Source: Takakia lepidozioides (taxonomy: Eukaryota; Plantae; Bryophyta). Taken from it: a stretch of DNA of 64,000 nucleotides. The stretch is from positions 10,540,001-10,604,000 of the forward strand of contig CM060734.1 of assembly GCA_030704615.1 (NCBI GenBank), written 5' to 3'. Of the stretch, positions 36,935 to 50,232 are shown piece by piece. Below the pieces are notes generated by a model that saw only the letters and a program-made list of their open reading frames with translations, did not search any database and had not been told where the DNA came from. Position 1 is the first letter of the stretch; the number at the start of each line of letters is the position of its first letter. The position numbers and the translations under genes are program-made.

Positions 36935-37788
36935 CTTCCTTCCTCGCGTACGTTGATACCTTGCTATCGCAGACCTTCAGTGTAAATCGGTTTACTGATG
37001 TCTCCAGAACACAGTTGAAGAATGAGTAGAGAATATGGCAGAGGAAGCTCAGATAACGACTGTGCATATTATGTTATTCTTTCCAGATATGCAGCCGTCC
37101 ATTTTAATTACTTTTCTTGTGGGCCCAGTTGTCAGAGTATCCCTAGGTGCAGTGTCGGCAGCTGTAAAACCGTTAACCAGAACCTCATCAATAAACCCAA
37201 AAACAAAGCCGACTTCCTGGAAGCATGCCACAGGATCTGAGAATGGGATTGCAGATTAAGTAAATGTATCTATATACTACTACCAATGATCATGCGCACC
37301 TAGAAAGTTCCAAATGTGAAACGAATGTGGGGTTTGGCTAACAAGGATGACCGTGTATGATATTCCAATTTGTCATCAATCTCTCGTTCATTTACATTTA
37401 TTTGTGTAAGACTGTGCCAAAATTTCTGGGATTCGCTGTTATTTTTAAATATTGAAACCGTTCTAATAAAGAACATGCCGTTTTTTTTGGGCGACACACG
37501 TCAGACATCCATAACTGAATACGAACAGCTGTACACCAATTGCTGGCATGTGCACTAATAAGGGAACGACTATGTGTAACGGTCACACGGGAGGGAATCC
37601 GATGCTTCTAGAGACACGCAAGAACGCAGGCAATCCCGCAAGAAATCGGGAGTCACTGCGTTTTTCTACTTTTCGCGCTTAGAGGGAGAGTGGTAGTCAA
37701 GCTGGAGAGGGTTCCTTCTAGAATACGAAAGAGAAGAAAGTCTCTTTATTTTACTTCCCTTAGAGAGAGACGCAGAGCAAGAGAGAAA

Positions 37789-40700
37789 ATGACGAGGCGT
37801 CGTTTGTTGGAGAACACAGGGCCAAGGCAGCAGGTGAACGCGGAGACTGATTCACAAGAGCAGACGGAGACTGAGGCAGCGGCTGTGACACAGTCGGCGA
37901 TAAGAGTGCGCTAGCCTGTGGAGGCAGAGATGATTCGCAGGGACACTGAAGGAGGTGGAAGCACACGGAACGCCGAACCGGGAGAAGGTCAAGAAACCCT
38001 AGCGCAGACAGAAATTCCAGCAGATGTGAGAGGGAAGAGGAAAGCTGCAGAAGGGGATCAAATTTCAAAACCTAAGAAGGTGCCAGTAAGTTTTATCTAA
38101 CTTACATTTCATTGTTGAAGATATGCGTAGAGATTGAGTGGAATGTCCCAGACAGGGATTGTCGCTACCGACCATCACAAAGGTGATTTGCTTTCTACTT
38201 CTCTGCGAAGGGTTTACAACACAATGAGTTGGTGACTATCGGTACAGTCATTCACTGGTGTTCAGATCATACAGTCTGTCTGATTGCCTTTCAAGGAGTC
38301 CTTCCTCTTCCCTTCTTTAGCAGGAACTACTGAATTGCGAGCGTCGTTAACGCCATTCGATTCTCCTCATGAGATTTATGTACCTATGTGTTTGAAGAGA
38401 GAGTCTGCACTTACTATCCGCCCTAAACTACACTGAATGTCGTTGCCGCCAATCAGTTAACACGTGTATGTCATTACACAACACCGATCCGGCAGGTCGT
38501 TATCTTTTGTGATTGTCGTTAACGCCGTTCGCTATCGCTCTCGCTTTTGTTTTGAATACGGCAGTCTCAGCTTTGCTTGTGTAGATTGTGCTGAATTCTT
38601 TCACACCATTCATGGTGAGTTTCTTGAGACAGAGTGATGGTCGTTACCGCCATTCACTATTTGCAAATCACTCAGTCAGAACAGAATGGCATCGTGTAGA
38701 AAACTGTGAGGTCGAAGCCTACAGGATCAGAGGGGAAATGATCTGGAGATGGGGACGAGTCCGCAAAAAGCTCAGAGAATACAGATGAAGCAGATGAATC
38801 CGAAGTGCACTACCTTGACAAGGTGAAAGAACTCATGTCATTCCAGAAGGTAAACTCTCAGGAGGTTATAAGGGACATGCTCGTATCTGGAGGGCGTCTG
38901 GACATACCTCTGTGCCGGATGATATCAATGTCTGTTGTGCGTCCACCTCTTTCCCATGACATAACAAAATTGGAGAGTGATTTTGTGCATGGATATAGAC
39001 TTGGTGCACAAGTTTTTTATGTGTCACTGACGGATATAAATGGGAAAAGCACATTAGTGTCTCCAGAGATCAGTGATAACTGGGATGAGTGCTGGAAAGA
39101 TGCCAATGAGGAGTTCGAGCTAGGCCTCATGATGGGAAAGAACACCCAGCAATTCTGCAACCACATTTCTACGTCTGGGACGGCAACCACCGATTGCTGG
39201 CATGGATGGGATACATTCAGAAACACCATTCGAAAGACAAAGACAAGCATGTTGTTGTGGAGGCAATGGTTTTGGATCCTGGAAACGACATCGCTAGGCT
39301 TCTTACAGCTATGCACGACGTGAACAAGTAAGTCATCCAGGAGATTTCATTCCGTCTGTAGTGTCTTATTAATCCTCAAAAAACAGTGTTAAGGAATGCA
39401 ATGTTTCCAATGTTTTTGCAGATCGACAGAGAAATCGCATGTGACAACAAGCTTGGTTCACACACTATTCCGAATTCAGAGGATTGGTCTGATGAAGCTG
39501 GATGATTTTCGGACAGTACTACCACCCAATATCATCAAGAAGTGCGAAACAGAAAGAGCTGCAGGCACTTGGTATTCTTTGACACGAGAGGCGTTTCTGG
39601 AGTACATGTATGCGGTAAGCCCGAGTCTGTACTCTGTTTACTTTTCGAATACATGTTTGTAGTCCCTTCGGAGCTAATCACTACTTGAATCAATGCAGCA
39701 AGAACTGGCAGAGGCAGCTGAGAAGGGAAAATCCGAATATTACCGCACTACACCAGAAGAACTAAGGACATCAAAGGGTGTGGAAGCTGCAATAAAGAAG
39801 GAGTTTGAAATGCGAAGAACCAAATTGATGTCCGCCTTCGGAAAGCAGCTTAGAATAGTAGATCCTGGACTTGGTCCTGAGTTCCTTCAGCAGATCAAAA
39901 CACACTATGACAAGCATGTGCATCCGGAGATGCAGCAGGAGAAATTGCACCGGCTGGCCATATCGATGGTCGACCCACAAACAAAAATAAGGTGGCTGGA
40001 GATATGGAACTCAGATCAAACAGTAAAGGACTTGAATCAGTTCCCAAAGAGCACCATACAGCCTGGCACAAAGGTGGAAGGAATCAGTGATTTGGTGTTT
40101 GATAACTGGCTCCAAAGCTACATTTTGGAGTCAGGTGTGTATTCAAACATGCTGTTTTCTTCTCTTCAAGTATGTGATGAGTATCTTATTTGCAATTCTG
40201 ACAAATACACTATTTGCAGCTCAAAAAGCGCGCCGTCATTGTGCTGGATCAGACTTTGAAGGACCTGAACATTTCGATTGTTTCCCCTCCCCAAATGTCA
40301 TTGGAGGCATACATAAGGAAGTGGAGAGGTCTCACCTGGAGATACTGTTTTTTCCGGGAGTTCTCCAAAGATAGTAACATTTTACGGTCCAACGACTTTG
40401 ACAGTCAGGTTGGAGGAGAGTGGGCCATGATGCGAGTTGTGTACAGGTGCAATGTCATACTTGAAACTCTACTGTTTTTTTGGGAAAAAATGTGGCTTCA
40501 TATGGATTGCAATCTTAGATCCAGATTGAATGTCGTTGACGACATTCACTTCTTTGTCTGAGTCATTCTTAAGCGAGTATATGAATTCACCTGGTTAGGA
40601 TCTAAGGGTGCAATTATATTGTCCCTGATTAGAATTGATAATGTCCTTGAATGGCGTTGACGACATTCACATACGGAGTTGTTGAGAGGTCCTCAGAGTT

Positions 40701-43590
40701 ATGTAAATTTTTGTAATGTCCATAGAGGTTACAGTGAGGGTTCCTCACTTCATTTTGCTGAATGTCAATGCAGACATTCAGTTGTTCTGCATTGTTTTTG
40801 CCTCTTGCGAGGAATCTGGAGGCTTGATAAGCTCTGTTATGAGAAATCCAAAGTGAATGTCGTTGACGACATTCACTGCTGTGTCTGTATTATTCAACAG
40901 CGACAAATTGAATTTACATGGATTGGGAGCTAAGTAATTGGTTTCTTTTTGGTATTTTTCTGAATGGCGTTGACGTCATTCACATACAGTGATGTTGTGA
41001 GGTCCTCAGTGATATGTTCGTTATGAATGTGCATTGAGTTTTCCTGGAGGGTTCCTTACTCGACTTTTTGATTTCCATCCCGTGATTTTGCTTCATTTAA
41101 GTAATAATTTGGCTTCATTAGTGAATGTCGTTGACGACATTCACTTCTATGTCTGTGTCATTCCTAAACGATAATTTGCATTCACCTGGATTAGGGTGTA
41201 TTTACAGTATCATTGAATGGAATGTTCTGAATGGCGTTGACGACATTCATATCTGGAGCAGTAGTGTGGTCCTGAAAGGTCCTTGGAGCAGTTCTCAGAG
41301 CCATTTCAATCTATGTTTTTTTCATTCTGTTCTACTTGCATCTTACTCACTGAGCGCTTTTGTGGGTTGGGATTTATCTCATTTTTTCAGGTACACGAAA
41401 TATGTGCTTATGGAAGGAAATCACCTGAGCGGAATTCCCGACTATCTTGACATGTGGTCGGACCCTGCAAACGATCCAACCATGTATACTGCAGGGATAT
41501 TGAAGGACTGGAGTCCTTCTCACTTCAGAGACTGTGGGTGGTACCTTGACTGCCCACCTGAGCACACGACCTTTCAAGAACAGCATACGAAATACTTGAA
41601 CAATAACGTTGAGATGCTGGCGCCTTTGACTGACGAAGAGTATCAACGAAACATAGCAACCTTGGCTGCCAAGGAGCCTGATCCTCAGGGAACGCCGCAT
41701 AAGGGAAAGAAGGCGGGCTGCAAACCAAAAGACAAGGCTGTTGATGTCATAGCCATCTCACCAGCAAAGCCAAAGGACAAAGACAAGTCCAAAGAGAAGG
41801 AAAAGGACAAGGGGAAGGAGAATGAAAAGGAGATGGAGAGTGGGCAGGAATTTAGTGCTGGAAGATATACCCGCACTCTTCAGTGCGTGTTCGATGCCAA
41901 GCCACACCCTTCCCGTTCTGATTCAGCAGGAGAGATGAAAATTGTTAATGAGGGTTGGCTTTCGATGATGCAGAGTCGAAAGAGAGGATACACTGGGGTG
42001 CCATCCCCTACCTGGGACAATATAATCTCATTCCTCAATCTGGTGAGAATTCCAGTTACTTTCCTTTTCTCTGAAAGTTTCGTTGGCAGTATTTCAGTCT
42101 CGTTCTTTGAAAACATTCTTGCCATCGTTCTTATAAAAAACATGTCTGTTGCAGGTGAGCACAGGTCCCACCTTCGTGTGCGGTGTGCAGAAAACTTATG
42201 CGGCCAACATTGTCATTCTCGACATCCCGGATGGCCAGGCTGTGCCAGAAGTTCTTCCAAAGGGCAAGACGCCAGGCTCGAACAAATTCGAGGACAACTA
42301 CTGGAGTTGGGTGTTCGGGTTCTGTAACAACTTCCTCTCTGATGCAGGGACACTTCTGCTTTTTCAGTCATGTGACAATGATAGTCGTCGGGCATTGGCA
42401 TCATACCTCAAGTCTTCAGGGTTTGAAGTTTTGCGCACATGGAATTGTGTGAACAGCCTCTACTTGTGAAAGGGGGTTTCCCTAGTCAGCTGGTATGCCG
42501 TCTCCCTTCTGCTTGTGCTTTGATCATGAGTTTCAATTTCTCTGCAGCTCCACTCTAGTAGAATGTGTTATGATCGACACCGATCATCACCGATTCATGA
42601 TTTTTTGGTGTCTGAGTTCTGAATAGCCGATGTACACACTTCCACTATAGATTGTGTTTACCACACTAACCTGCTATCTTTGGCAGACGAGGATGTTCGA
42701 GGCGATCTGCCTGCGGAGGATTCGCACCTCAAAGACACCATCCTCCATCCGCAGCTTTGAGATTTCTGACCAGGGTTGTTTCGTCAACCCCCCCTATGAG
42801 CCCCATGTCGATGATTTTTGTACAACTTCATGCAGTCCAGTCAGACTCTGAAGAGACCAGATGGCACTCCCTGGAGAGGTGCAAAGGAAAAGTCACCAGC
42901 GTTCATGCAAATACTGCTGGACTCATGCAGCCACCGCTCTGCACGGGTGGTCGATCTTTCTGTGTCCACAGGTTCATTTTTTCCCTTCCGAATTGGTTTC
43001 CTTTCAACAGTTTCATCTGCTTAAATCCCCCCCTCCAAACTGTTCATGTTCTCCTGTCTGGTGCAGGAGCAACTGACCATGCATGCAAGGCAGGCGGAAG
43101 AAGCCTTTTTGGCATGGAGGGTGATTTTGACCTCTACAACACAGTGCTCCTCCCCCTTTTGTCTGGCTCCACTTCAGGCACACAGACTGATCGGATTCAA
43201 ATTCGAAATGATGACGATCCCGAAGATAAGCAGGTCGACAACGACTTTTCATGTGAGTAAGTGCTAAACCCTCTTTGGGAGTCATACTCAATTTCTCGAT
43301 AACATCAAAGTTACAGTAATAACTTTTTCATGCTGTCTTTCAGGAAAGGCAGCGGTGGATCTTCAGGAGATACAGTCATTTCTGGCGAGTCTGTTTTCGA
43401 CAGCCCCCTTTCCAATTTTCTGCTTCATGTTTATGCCGAAGTAATGGCACTTCACGCGGCCGAGTCCCTATCCCCTGACTTTTTAGTGGCCAGCCGTAGG
43501 CGTATCCAGCGTGGATCCGGTGTTCTAAAATACTTAGACTTAGATGCAGAGGAAGCGGGGATACATTGTACTGACTCTGAGTCAGACTGA
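37789..43590 (+). CDS. ParB/Srx-methyltransferase-like cargo gene copy 2 (stop at 37912-37914, several 1-bp indels)
   Basis: Same exon structure and motifs as copy 1, with lesions at different positions. Confidence 0.78.
40527..41249. repeat. Palindrome array, copy 2
   Basis: Seven palindromes at 40527, 40648, 40759, 40854, 40961, 41122, 41228. Confidence 0.92.
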
Positions 43591-45091
43591 ACTGTATTCT
43601 TTTAATATTCATTTTCATATTATCTGGAAAACGTTGAATCCCCTTCCTCCACCGTAGTTGTTCCTTTAGAACAAATAATAATCACAGAATCAACTTTCGT
43701 TTAAATTGCAATATGTATGAATCCATCTCACAAACCTCCCTGACTCTTCTCATATCCATTGTGCATTCATCTACACTGTATTCATGCGTGCTCCATTCAT
43801 GAATTTTTTCCTTTGTACAACATCCATTGTACATTCATCCTCTGTACTCTTTAATCCACCCCACAAACCTTCCACACTCATTTCATATACGTTGTGCATT
43901 CGTCAAAAGATTTGGTCATGCATCTTCCTGTCATGAATTTTTGTCATTGCTCAACATCCATTATACATTCATCCATTTTACTCTTATCCATCCCTCATTC
44001 ATCCATCTACATTCATTTTTCACACTCATCCATCTGTTTATCATCCAACTGTACATTCATCCATCATTTATTCAATGCCTTTTATTATGTCGTCCAGCTT
44101 GTTTCCGCGGTAAAGGGTGCCAATCCGCGGGAATACACTCCACTTCTTTCTGGGCGCGTGGTGACGCGGCCTTCACGTGTGATGACGTGGAGTGAGCCCC
44201 GTGACGTGGCATTTGCGCAAGGTGACGTGGCGTGAGCGCAGTTGCGCTCACGCGCTCACGTGACCAGGCTCACGCCGAGGCATCCCTGCTTGGCAGGCAA
44301 CACTTTTGTGCTAGAGGTGGGTTGTTATCCTTCACCCCACATTTTTTCTTGGGCGTGAAGTGTTTCTTGAGTTTGAGATGAGCTGGTGTGGTATGTTTTG
44401 CTCAGGTGCAGGAACAAGCTCTTGAAGCTGGGGAAAAACCAGTTTCAGCGGTTGAGGACCTCTAATCAGTATTGTACGGGTGGGGCGCGCAAGGGGGCTC
44501 CTGAAAAATTGCCACGCAAGAAGGGAGGCGGAGGTGGGACAACACTGGCTGCTGGTGATGATGTCTGCTCCACTGAGAGTGTTGGTAAGGGTGACAGTAT
44601 GGTGTTGGAAGACAAGAATGTACCTATTCCTCACCAGGCAACTTCCCCACAGAAAGAGAGAGAGAGAGAGAGAGAAAACTCCGGCCGAAGCCGGCGTAAC
44701 TAAGAGCCACTTCGCCTTGCGGCTACTACCCCCTTTCGGGGGTGGGCCCTATAAGAAAGGTGTCATGTGGGACACCAAGTGACCGTAGAAAGTAGGGGAG
44801 TCTGTGGTACCACTGGGTACCCAGGGGTACCCTGGGGGACCTAGTGTGCGTTTGAAGTGCCGGATTCCAGTTGACGTTTGTTGGTGATAATAGCTGTGAG
44901 TGAACGGAGTGTCGTGAGGTGAATTGCTTTGAAGCATTTGTGGATGGGAAGAGTGGGAATTTTGAAGTTATCATGTATGTCATTGATACTGGTGTTATGA
45001 ATGCCGCCTCGAGTACCGGCGGTGATGACGGTTAATGGGCCAGTTTTCCAGCCATACCGTCGGATTGCAAGGATAAGCGAGGCATGTTTTT

Positions 45092-48000
45092 GAGGTTAGT
45101 TATTTCATGAGCATGAGCGGCATGAGCGGAGTAGTAAGACAATCGGTTTTCATGAACAGAAGAACAAATTCTGGAAATAAAAAACATAAAAAACATTATT
45201 TTAATGGAATGTGTCAGAAAAAACCAATATAATATTCATTGTTTGAAGTAGAAATTGTAGTTTTGAGAGCAGTGCTCATGATATTTCGTCTTCCGCTCAT
45301 GCGAATTCCGAGCGACATCTGCAAAAATGGCGCCGAATTTCGCGGTTATAGGTCCCAACTTGATTGAAGTGTAAGCCCAAAATTTGGAAATGTGGCACCC
45401 AATTTCGGTACATGGTGCCGGGCATTGCACAAATGTTGGGCAGTTCTGGGCCATGTAACTGGAAATTCGGCGCCATTTTTCCAGACATCGTTCCCGTACA
45501 TGTTGGGACTTAGCCAGTTTTCGGCCCAAAATAGGGAAATTCGGCGCCATTTTTCCAAAAATGGCCCCCTCAACTGCAACTGTTGGAACTCAGTTTTCTG
45601 GAAGATTTGCAATTTTTTCCTGCCGCCATCTTTGTATTGATTCTGTTTCGACATTGAATTGCCACTGGACGTCAACGGATATCCAGCAGTCCATAGTGTT
45701 TAAAAGACATCACTTTAATATTGTTTGTCTCATTCTAGGAGTTTTGGGGTGCAATTCATTACACTGCAAAACAAAGTCTAATGCATCAAAATGCAATTGC
45801 AAATATCCATATGGTGGATTCCCTTTGCCCCATCAATGATTTCTGGAATCCTGGCGGAGGAGTTTGTGCAGCTCGTTCACGCTCAACGCTGGTGTATGAA
45901 TAAAGTCATCAATAGTCAAGTTCATCCTCAATCTCTTCAGGTAAATGTAATACAGATGCTTGCACGGATAATACTTTGACCCCTTCTTTGCTTCCATCAA
46001 CGAGAAGTCCGTACAATTGCAAGTCGGCTCCACTCCAATCGGAATTGTGTATACATCGTCACGTACAGCTGAGCCGGCCGTTGCCATCCGATAAACACGC
46101 CCAAGGCCGGGTGGGGGTACGTCCACGGAGCTCTGAATAGTGCAAGCCATCCCAAGAGCATTGACAATCCGAGTCTCATTCAACTTGTTGGGAGGGTGTC
46201 GTCTCTTCACTCTTCCGAATCACATTGTGGGATGTGCAGAATTGTCCAATCCGTCTCTACTGGACCGAGCAGTCTACAATGGCTGGGTTTGAGGAATTGG
46301 AAACGAGTGGGCCGGGACGTCTGTGCGTTGCACCATTCAAAATCCTGCTGCAGAAAGAGCATCCGCCTCATTCTGAGAGAGGTTGCAACCTGGTGCAACA
46401 GACCAGACGCCCGGAGGCTCCGGCATTCCCTGAATCCCGTACTTGGGCTTGCCAAATACACAGGTCATTATGTCGTGCCTACAGAACCTAAACGTCTGCT
46501 TTGTGGCGTGAGAGAATGTGGGAGTAAAAAATCTGCCGCTGAAACAAGGTGCAGGTACAGCACCGTGTGGCTTCCTCCGAATCATCTCACCACAGCGTGC
46601 TCTCATATCCACCCGGATGGCGCAGCACTTCCCTCAAAATGCCGGCAATGTCCTTGCAATTCTCCACTGTGACTCCGACACTCTTCTCTCCACAATGGGT
46701 ATGTTATACTGCGTTACGACAGATGGCTCGTTATGTTCCTCAGGCACGTGCCCTGTGCTCAAAGGAGATGACGATCTTGAACGTGCAGGACTTGCGGTGC
46801 TCGACGAGACCTCCTCGGGCAACATCACGGGACAACGAAGGAGCGTGCGAATATTCTTGTCAGCTCGCCATGAATCCTCTTCTCCGCCAGGTGCCTCGTC
46901 AAGTCTTTGTCTCACTGGACGGGTATGAACATCTCCTTCCAAGTGTTGGCCTCTTTGAAGCAATGGCGTATCCCGAAGGCCCTTTCGCAAAGCTGCCACC
47001 CACTTGCGAGGATTCTTCGATCTGAGGCAGTCCGCATCAGCATTTCCTGCCTGTCCGGCCCCAAGCCCCACAGTTTCCCCTTCAAGAACTCGTTGTACCT
47101 GCATTGCTGCATAATTGACCTCACAATGTCCTCCGTTGTGGCAGTGAGGATGTCCACCAGATGCACCGCAGAGGAGGCACACCAGGAAGAATGTACTGAT
47201 TCGGCCATGTTTGTTGTCGGCATGTCGGTGTCGGAGTCCAGACACATTTCCTGCACATACACATGTTGAGGTTACAAGCAAGTTACAAATAATGACTAGC
47301 ATAATATTGAACGGGACGTGAATTCGTCCAACTCACCTCCCGCATATAGTCACCGAATTGGAGGAACGATAATGCCACCATGCTAGCCAACTGACCATTG
47401 CTCCCTCGTCTGATTTCTTTACAGCACCTGACGTTGTCCACCAAGCCCGTATACATGCAAACTGTGTCTCTGCATCATCCAAGGTGGAAGCACGCTTCCA
47501 CGCAAGACACATGGAACGGTGCTCCTCTCTGAAATCTGGCGCCACGAGCCGGGTTGTGTACTGTGACAAGTTCTGCAGAAAATGGTACCCACAAGATCTC
47601 TCATTGCCTTCCATCGGAACATTGGGGTCTTCCCCGTACACCCTTCGGATGGCAGCCCAATTTGCTTGTGCGTTGTCCACCATGAAACCACGGAAATTAG
47701 GAGGGGGCAATCCCGCCCTGGCCATCTGTTCGTTTATTCCCTGCAAAGAAGCATCTCTGATTGTGTGTCCTCTCCTTTCATCTTACAAATAGCAATTGTC
47801 ATTAGCATCCTGCAATTGGTGTCGTAGACATGTGCAGCCATTGTCACCCACTGGTGATTTGTAATTCGCTTGATATGGTCGAACATGACCCAACTGTTTG
47901 ACAAGTCCCCACTTGTCATCCGGTGGACCAGTTCGACGCCGCTGCCAGGCCCACACGTGGACATTTTGAATACGAAACAACGATATGCCTCAGTCCCTTG

Positions 48001-49349
48001 TCCAAGAAACCTACTTCCATGAATGTAGTCATATCCACATCGTCGCTTCACCTCTAGAATGGAGTGCATATCCGAGCCACGCCCAATTTTCTGTTTGCAG
48101 GAGACAATGTGGTTTCGGACATTCGGTGAACAGACGTGGGACACTGACTCCAGCAATGCCTCCATTTCCTTCTCATCAAGACGAACTTTGTCGGAGCCAT
48201 CTTCCGACATAATTCTGGCCAATGCCATCTTATGGGCGGCCTGCAGCTGTATCTGTTTGGGTTTGGCACCATGTCTCAACTTAACCTCCTCCTGAACGAG
48301 CTGCTTTGCCTTGTGGGTAGCCTCCCACATAGAACTGCTTGGCATTACAAATAGACATGCAATGTGGTGGTTTTTTGCAATGCGCACACTTAAATGTGGA
48401 GTTTGGAACCTTCTCCTGAGCTCGAAATGGTTGATGAGCTGTGCCTGTCCAATCCGTCTCGTTCCTGTGACCTCTGGATTTAAAGTGGAAGCAAGTTGGG
48501 GAGAAACAACGCAACGCACCCGCACAAACAATGTAGCGCACCCGCACACCATCGAGCATCTTCATGCTGGTGGTTTTGGTGACGCACCAAGGATGACCGT
48601 CATATTTCCTATCCATATCTGTCAACATTCCGGACGCCCTCGAATAGTCCGTTCGAGGAGGGAACTCAAAGAACATATTACCGTCGACGTCTACGGGAAG
48701 GCATGTAACGGATTTAATGGCGAACTTGCTGTAGTCCAGCCCAGCCAGCTCCGAGCGGTGTCCCTCCATGTGAAGCCCTCGCGGAATTTCAAGAATGGAT
48801 CGAACTGCTGTGTTCGTGCTGGGAATATGACTCCCTCGTCCGCTGATGTCCATTGAGGACTTGCCTGATCTCCAGGATGATCTCGGAACTTCCATGACCT
48901 CGTCGGAGTCGGACAGGTTGTGAACAACCCGGTTCTTTCTCGTCTTCATTGATGGGTTCGGCTCTGGATTTACTTCGTTGCGGACTTCTCTCTTTGAGGT
49001 GCCTACTCTCTGATTCACGGATTGTTTCGTGGAAGGCGCCAGAATAAAAGACGCATTTGGCGGGCAAATGAAGTCTCCAACAGCCCTGTATATGACGCTG
49101 TCCGATGGTGGAACTCGCCATTCCCTACCGTCGCCGAAATCATCGTGGAGCACAACAATACTTTCGACTACAACTCCGTTTGAATCCTTCCTTTCTTCCT
49201 CCAAAAATACCAACCCCGGTTTCAGGTGGTATCGAACGCAGAGACATTTCTCCATCACCCGGCAGATGTCCCCTCTGCACGGAAATGTAGCTCTATGCTC
49301 GTGAGGAGGGCAGTACACTATAACGCTCGGGTTTTCTGCCATGGGAGAT
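45092..49349 (-). mobile_element. Second Mutator-like family MULE-B; one terminus present, cut by a gypsy LTR just upstream of the transposase ATG
   Basis: Terminus GAGGTTAGTTATTTCATGAGC is shared with the 53111-56251 element. Subterminal AAAATGGCGCC repeats. Homologous transposase. Confidence 0.85.
45833..49342 (-). pseudogene. MULE-B transposase (GCM-like, DDE, SWIM), frameshifted; intron 47251-47336
   Basis: DRKYDGHPWCVTKT..CAGALRC; FKMSTCGPGSGV; MFDHIKR; FMVDNAQANW; CGYH; NMAESVH; CNCTDF..CKH. Confidence 0.87.
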
Positions 49350-50232
49350 TGTCGAACGGCTTTTACTCACCCATCCCTTCGCTATCCGAGGTAGAAACTC
49401 CAAGATAGAAGAGTTGGATATTTCTAAGCACTCAGCCCGCTCAGTACAATCAGTCATGACCTACAGCTAGTGAATCATGGTTGTGCTTCCCATTTGTATT
49501 CTTTCTTGCCTTCATGCTATCAATTCACTTTATCTGATATTGAAGCATCAGATTGCTTCAGTATCTACTTAATTCCAATTAATCATGCATTCATTTCACA
49601 GCTTCACTCATGTCACTCTACACAGTGTGCTTGTATCGAATAAGTATCAGATTATGATTTATCAGGTATCAGGCCAATGCCATGGTGACTCTAATCTGCC
49701 ATACAGTTTCACTACAGCTTTGCATGTAACAAGCATCTATTGTTCATCTCTCCTCCTTCTCCGTGCTCTCGTTCTTCCTCTCCGCCTGATCTCCTCTCCT
49801 ACATGACCAAGAAGCGTTCCCCGTGAAGTGTCATCTTTCTGTTGCCGCTCCCTTTACCTGCCTGCAAGCTGTTCTAACCACCTAACTAATTAACCGTCAT
49901 CCCTGAAGTAACACGTTCCTTCTGCAGATGTCGTTCCCTCACAGTCGTTCCCTGCCAATGATAACTGTTCCCCATGTACTGTGACAGGCTGTGTCAAGCT
50001 GTGCCGAGCTGTGACTGGCTGTGTCGGCTGTGTCGGCTGTGCGAAGCTGTGGCTGGCTGTGACGGGCTGTGCCGGGCTGTGACGCGCTGTGTAAAGCTGT
50101 GTCGGGCTGTGTAATCCCCCTAAAGCCTGCTGCTGCCACCCCTAAGGCTCTTGTTGGTCTCAGTCTTGCCAAAAATTAAGGGTACCCCACAGAACCTGTA
50201 AAAGCGTCTAAGTCCCAAGCAGCCCTCTAACA
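49350..50232 (-). repeat. 3' LTR
   Basis: TGTTAGAG...TCGACA on the minus strand; homologous to 30250-31107. Confidence 0.85.

Larger units (their letters stand above)
32782..44288 (-). mobile_element. MULE-A copy 2 (11.5 kb)
   Basis: Same termini as copy 1. TSD CTTGGAAGG / CTTGGCAGG (32773-32781, 44289-44297; 8/9 match). Collinear with copy 1 throughout. Confidence 0.93.

Noticed and set aside
44700-45091. Possible solo LTR or promoter with small hairpins (ACCCCC-TTTC-GGGGGT)
   Set aside because: No second copy, TG..CA borders, PBS or TSD identifiable.
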